The notes under the pieces: model-generated
Seen by the model: only the letters and a program-made list of their open reading frames with translations
What the model was told of the DNA's origin: nothing
Database searches by the model: none
Shown: positions 58,985-64,000 of the stretch, in pieces
Numbering within the stretch: position 1 is the stretch's first letter
Layout: each line of letters opens with the position of its first letter
Program-made: the position numbers and the translations under genes
NCBI GenBank assembly: GCA_964188305.1
Contig: OZ076900.1
Strand: one strand, 5' to 3'
DNA from: Podarcis bocagei
Taxonomy: Eukaryota
DNA: 64,000 nt

Positions 58985-60973
58985 ACGTACACTGCATAAT
59001 TCATACAGTAAACATTATTGCATTTATCCCATATTTATAGTTTGCATATCTGCTGGAGACTTTCTCTCTCCTGAAATAACTTTTTTAATTAACATAGTTA
59101 AAATGTGACTAGATAATTAAAAAGTCACCCTCTCCACCTAACCTGCATCATTGGTAAGAGTTGCTCACCCCTCCCCACAAACCTTACTTTACAAAGCATT
59201 ATAAAACTGAGTAATAGAATTCATAAAATTTTGGGGGAAAACTTTTGCAGGTAAGCTTTATGCACATGGAAAGGAGATAAAAGAACCATTTTTTCCCTTC
59301 AAAGAACAGTTTCTTTTAATCTTCATATACAGAATAAAAACTTCATTTTAATTAATTAAATTAATTTATCTATTGTATTTCAGCCAAAAACTTTCTTTTC
59401 TGCCTGGAGTTTGGCTTTTAACGTGGAGGGTTTTTATGTATGTATGACCTCTTTTGCTGGAACAGGAGTTGCTAAACGTGTCCTCTTTTGTTTAGACATA
59501 TTTGTGTTTACTGTGATTGGTTTTGATATTTACAGACTTACTTCTGTCTGTAAGTCACTTTGAACTTTATGAGTAAAGCAACTAATAAATAACAATAATT
59601 TATAAATAACAACAATTTATCCAGCACAAAATGGAAAAGGCAACTAACATACAGGTAAACAAAACAAAACAAGCTCATCAAAACAAACGTATGCCTTCCT
59701 GGTACCCTCTACAGCCTGAATGAGCTATTTCATAACGTAGACTTCAGTTCTTGAAATCTTATTATTTTAACAGGAGAAATATTCAATCCACATGTGATTT
59801 CTTAAACTGTCATATTCATGATTAACAGTATCTCTACACAATGGTCCAAAACTATTTTAACTACAATGGCTTCCCCAAAGAACACTAGGAAATATATTTT
59901 TTCAAGAACAGCAAATACTGTTGGATATCTTTTACACAGAACTACAGTTCCCAGCTATGTTGGGAATTTGACAGCAAATGAGTTTTTATACTGATGTTAT
60001 AAAATATAGACATGCCTTACATGCTTCCCATAACTTGTAGCTTCCCATAACTTCTACCACGACAGATATCAACTTAAATTGTTCTGCCACAATTTCATTT
60101 TCATGACCCATACCCATTATGTAATCAATAAAGCTTCATTACAACCTCAAGCATGCTGCAATGAAAATTGGCTTCTCTACTCTGTTTGGATTACTGTTAA
60201 TTGCTTTCTCCTCTGGCAAAACAAGACATAGCTCTATAATTTACCTTGTTTTGTTTAGGTACTACATCGGTCACTTAAACCCGTGAGGCTTTTAACTTTT
60301 CAGTTCATTATGGATCACCAGCTTCCTCTAAATAGTGGTTTTCTATACAGCAGCTATTTATGGTAATGGGCTTTTAATGCCCATGTGTTTGTCATGCATT
60401 GCATATGCACAATTATATTAGTAAACAAAAAAGGGTATCAAGTTCAGATGAAGTTTTTATTTTGGGCTGACACTGGGCAGAATGAAGTAAGGAGCCACAA
60501 CAAATGAGAAGCAGTCAGAGGGAAAGAACCCATCAAAAAGGTGGGAGAAGCAGCTCTTTCAGGTCTATGCAGATTCCATGGTGCCTCAGTAGAGCTGGCT
60601 CCATCCCTATTGGGGATTTAGAAAGAAATACTATACAAATTTAGATGTTCTAATTTCTGCTAAGCGAAGAATAATAAGCACTCTGTGTTCCTTATTCTCT
60701 TGATCTACTTTTTGCCTGTTACAAATAAAGGTCAGTGATCCTGTCTCAGCGCACTGTAAGTGCTTTATAAAGCATTTTGCTTTTGCATTGCTTTATATAC
60801 ACTCTCTCCAGAGGGGAGCAAATATTCTCGCTTACACATATTCTCCACTTTAGAGAAAGTGATTAGAGTAAGATTTCTGTAGAAGAGGGATGAGGAAGCT
60901 ATGGCCACACCAAATGCCTGCTAGGTTTGCATGCTGTCTCCAGCTGTGTGATTAATGCAGAAGTAAGTTTCAG

Positions 60974-62267
60974 CTACCGCACAATTTCACTCATTTCACA
61001 TGCTAGCAAGGTTATGCTTAAAATTCTACAAGGAAGGCTCAAGCAGTATGTGGACCGAGAACTCCCAGAATTGCAAGCTGGATTTAGAAGAGGCAGAGGA
61101 ACCAGAGACCAAATTGCAAACATGCGCTGGATTATGGAGAAAGCTAGAGAGTTCCAGAAAGACATCTACTTCTGCTTCATTGACTATGCAAAAGCCTTTG
61201 ACTGTGTTGACCACAGCAAACTATGGCAAGTTCTTAAAGAAATGGGAGTGCCTGATCACCTCATCTGTCTCCTGCGAAATCTCTATGTGGGACAAGAAGC
61301 TACAGTTAGAACTGGATATGGAACAACTGATTGGTTCCAAATTGGGAAAGGAGTACGGCAAGGCTGTATATTGTCTCCCTGCTTATTTAACTTATATGCA
61401 GAATTCATCATGCGAAAGGCTGGGCTGGATGAATCCCAAGCCGGAATTAAGATTGCCGGAAGAAATATCAACAACCTCAGATATGCAGATGACACAACCT
61501 TGATGGCAGAAAGTGAAGAGGAATTAAAGAACCTTTTAATGAGGGTGAAAGAGGAGAGCGCAAAATATGGTCTGAAGCTCAACATCAAAAAAACGAAGAT
61601 CATGGCCACTGGGCCCATCACCTCCTGGCAAATAGATGGGGAAGAAATGGAGGCAGTGAGAGATTTTACTTTCTTGGGGTCCATGATCACTGCAGATGGT
61701 GACAGCAGTCACGAAATTAAAAGATGCCTGCTCCTTGGGAGAAAGGCGATGGCAAACCTAGACAACATCTTAAAAAGCAGAGACATCACCTTGCCAACAA
61801 AGGTACGTATAGTAAAAGCCATGGTTTTCCCAGTAGTGATGTATGGAAGTGAGAGCTGGACCATAAAGAAGGCTGATCGCCGAAGAATTGATGCTTTTGA
61901 ATTATGGTGCTGGAGGAGACTCTTGAGAGTCCCATGGACTGCAAGAAGATCAAACCTCTCCATTTTGAAGGAAATCAGCCCTGAGTGCTCACTGGAAGGA
62001 CAGATCGTGAAGCTGAGGCTCCAATACTTTGGCCACCTCATGAGAAGAGAAGATTCCCTGGAAAAGACCCTGATGTTGGGAAAGATGGAGGGCACAAGGA
62101 GAAGGGGACGACAGAGGATGAGATGGTTGGATGGTGTTCTTGAAGCTACTAGCATGAGTTTGATCAAACTGCGGGAGGCAGTGGAGGACAGAGGTGCCTG
62201 GCGTGCTCTGGTCCATGGGGTCACGAAGAGTCGGACACGACTAAACGACTAAACAACAACAACAACA
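60974..62267 (+). mobile_element. BovB (RTE-clade LINE), 5'-truncated, young, ORF intact to the natural stop (62250-62252)
   Basis: ~425 uninterrupted codons (GVRQGCILSP, LRYADDT, ...VHGVTKSRTRLND*); (CAA)n tail; 9-bp TSD AAGTTTCAG (60965-60973, 62268-62276). Confidence 0.95.
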
Positions 62268-64000
62268 AAGTTTCAGTTGCCAAGTTCTGTATGTGGAATG
62301 TAGTGTGGTGTATTTGGGGTGATATTCAGTGTTGGGAAACCTAATTTGCTTGCAAAAGGTCACAAGTTCAATCCTCAGCATCTTCAGGTAAGGCTGGGAA
62401 ACACCCCTACCTCAAAACTCTGGAGAGCAGCTGCCAGTTGGTGTAGATAAAACTTAGTTAGATTGACCAATCATGTTGGTATAAACTAGCTCCCTATATT
62501 TCATGTTCATCTTTGCCTCTGGAAACAAAATGTCATGGACCAGTCCTGGCAAAATGGTGCTGGAGGTGGGAGTGAGTATTTAACCTCTTGTCCTCTGGGT
62601 TTCTGGGGGTTTCCTGTTGTTATCCTATCTCTCACAGCTGTAATAAACCTACCATTAAAATTATGGACTGGTCATTTCTTCGTCAGAGGGCAAATGGGCA
62701 AATTTAGCAGGGGATCAAATACTTTCCCCCCTCACTGTATGGCTTGATTTTAGATACAAAGGCAGTAAAATTTCAATCCTTAAGTGCCTGGTTGCTTGGT
62801 CAAGCTACTAATGAACAGTCAGTCTTGAAAGGTTAATGAGGCTAGAGATTCAACAGTTGAGATCAGTACAGATCTCTAAGCTCATTAGACCAATATCACT
62901 TGATAGCATTAACATCCTATTGCTTTGCTATATGGTAGTTGGAAAAACAAAAATTTATACCTACTTATAATATCTGCATTTGCCCACAAGACACTCAAGG
63001 ATAGGGGTACTGGTTAGAAGAGGAACTCTCCAGAAGATTATCAGTGCAGTACACAATAACTTTTAAAATTGGGATGGCTAACCTTTTTTGGTACAAGGAC
63101 AACACTGATGGCTTGTGGTGTGTGTGACCAATATTTGCTTGTACACAGGGGCATACTTAGGCTGGCCTGTCAAAGATGCAGTCCAGAGAGGTACAAAAAT
63201 CAAACCTCTCCTCTTTGCCTCAGATAGGTATGAGCTTGCTCCCCGGGCCATTCCTCTGCTGCTCTGGACAGCTGGGCAAAGTATGCAGGCTCCTCTGGGT
63301 GCCTTGGCAGTAAAATTCAGCCACTGGTGTGGGTCATTACAACAGCCCTGCAGGGCCCCCTCCCCAGTTGGCCAGCAGCATTATTAGAAATGTGAGCAGA
63401 GTGCCCAGCAGGGCACAGAGGGAAGAAAGACAGATAGCTGGAGAGTGCTAAGGGCACAAGGGACAGTGGTGATTTGGCTACATCTCCTAGCTAAGGGCAT
63501 AAGAGGCGGGCAGGGGGTGCCGAAACGGCTATTGCTGAGAGCACAAGGAAGCCTAGGTATGCATTTGCATGCAAACTGCACATACAGGAACACAGATCTC
63601 TCGCATACATGCACACATACATACTATCAGCATTTTCAGACCGCTCCACTGCAGCCACTGAGATGGCTTTACACTTATGTTTCCATGAAAAATAAAAGGC
63701 AGCATTTCTTCCCACCCCATGCTCTTAGCTCAGGGGTAGAAATGATACATTTTAGTCTTTAAAAAAAAACAAAAAACAGAAAAACTTTGTTTCCAGTCTT
63801 AGCATAGAATTGCCTAGTTCAAAGTTCAGAGGAGGAAAGACCATTCTGTCTGCTCTTTAGGGAGACTCCCTAAAAGAGTAGGTAGAAAGCTTTATCTCCT
63901 TATCAGATTGGGAAATACAGCTGCAGGGCCTGTTATGTCCTTTCCTATGGCTTGGTGGGCCAAATGCAGGTCACAGATTAGCCACCCTTGTGCTAAAATT

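Noticed and set aside
60927-60973. N-terminus of the 441-aa ORF
   Set aside because: Flanking intron sequence upstream of and including the TSD that is in frame by chance; starts at TTG.
52410-64000. Upstream DIAPH2 exon or short alternative micro-exon
   Set aside because: No match to EDMNLNEEKKAPL... or an IVGSKVT-like micro-exon found by eye; probably outside the window.

Overview
Eukaryotic (vertebrate) genomic DNA, AT-rich and repeat-dense. The repeat content (Sauria SINEs, BovB, L2, CR1, many hAT and Tc1/mariner MITEs) indicates a squamate, most likely a lacertid lizard (inference). The whole window lies inside one minus-strand gene, the diaphanous-related formin DIAPH2. I could place 13 consecutive coding exons (1,612 nt, 537 codons + 1 nt, all phases compatible) covering the GBD/DID, dimerisation/coiled-coil, FH1 and the start of FH2. 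The 5' and 3' ends of the gene lie outside the window. One intron (19258-22070) is a clear minor-spliceosome (U12) AT-AC intron. The introns hold 5'-truncated or internally deleted LINEs, SINEs, a decayed Chapaev3-type DNA transposon and nested MITEs. I found no convincing new biological system, operon, CRISPR array or RNA gene. The most notable observations are: the AT-AC intron; a 27-bp duplication that creates a second, stop-introducing splice donor on the next exon; a ~320-bp micro-inversion revealed by a split MITE; a head-to-head Sauria SINE pair; a MITE carrying tandem 81-bp palindromes; and an L2 whose ORF stays in frame across a deletion with filler.
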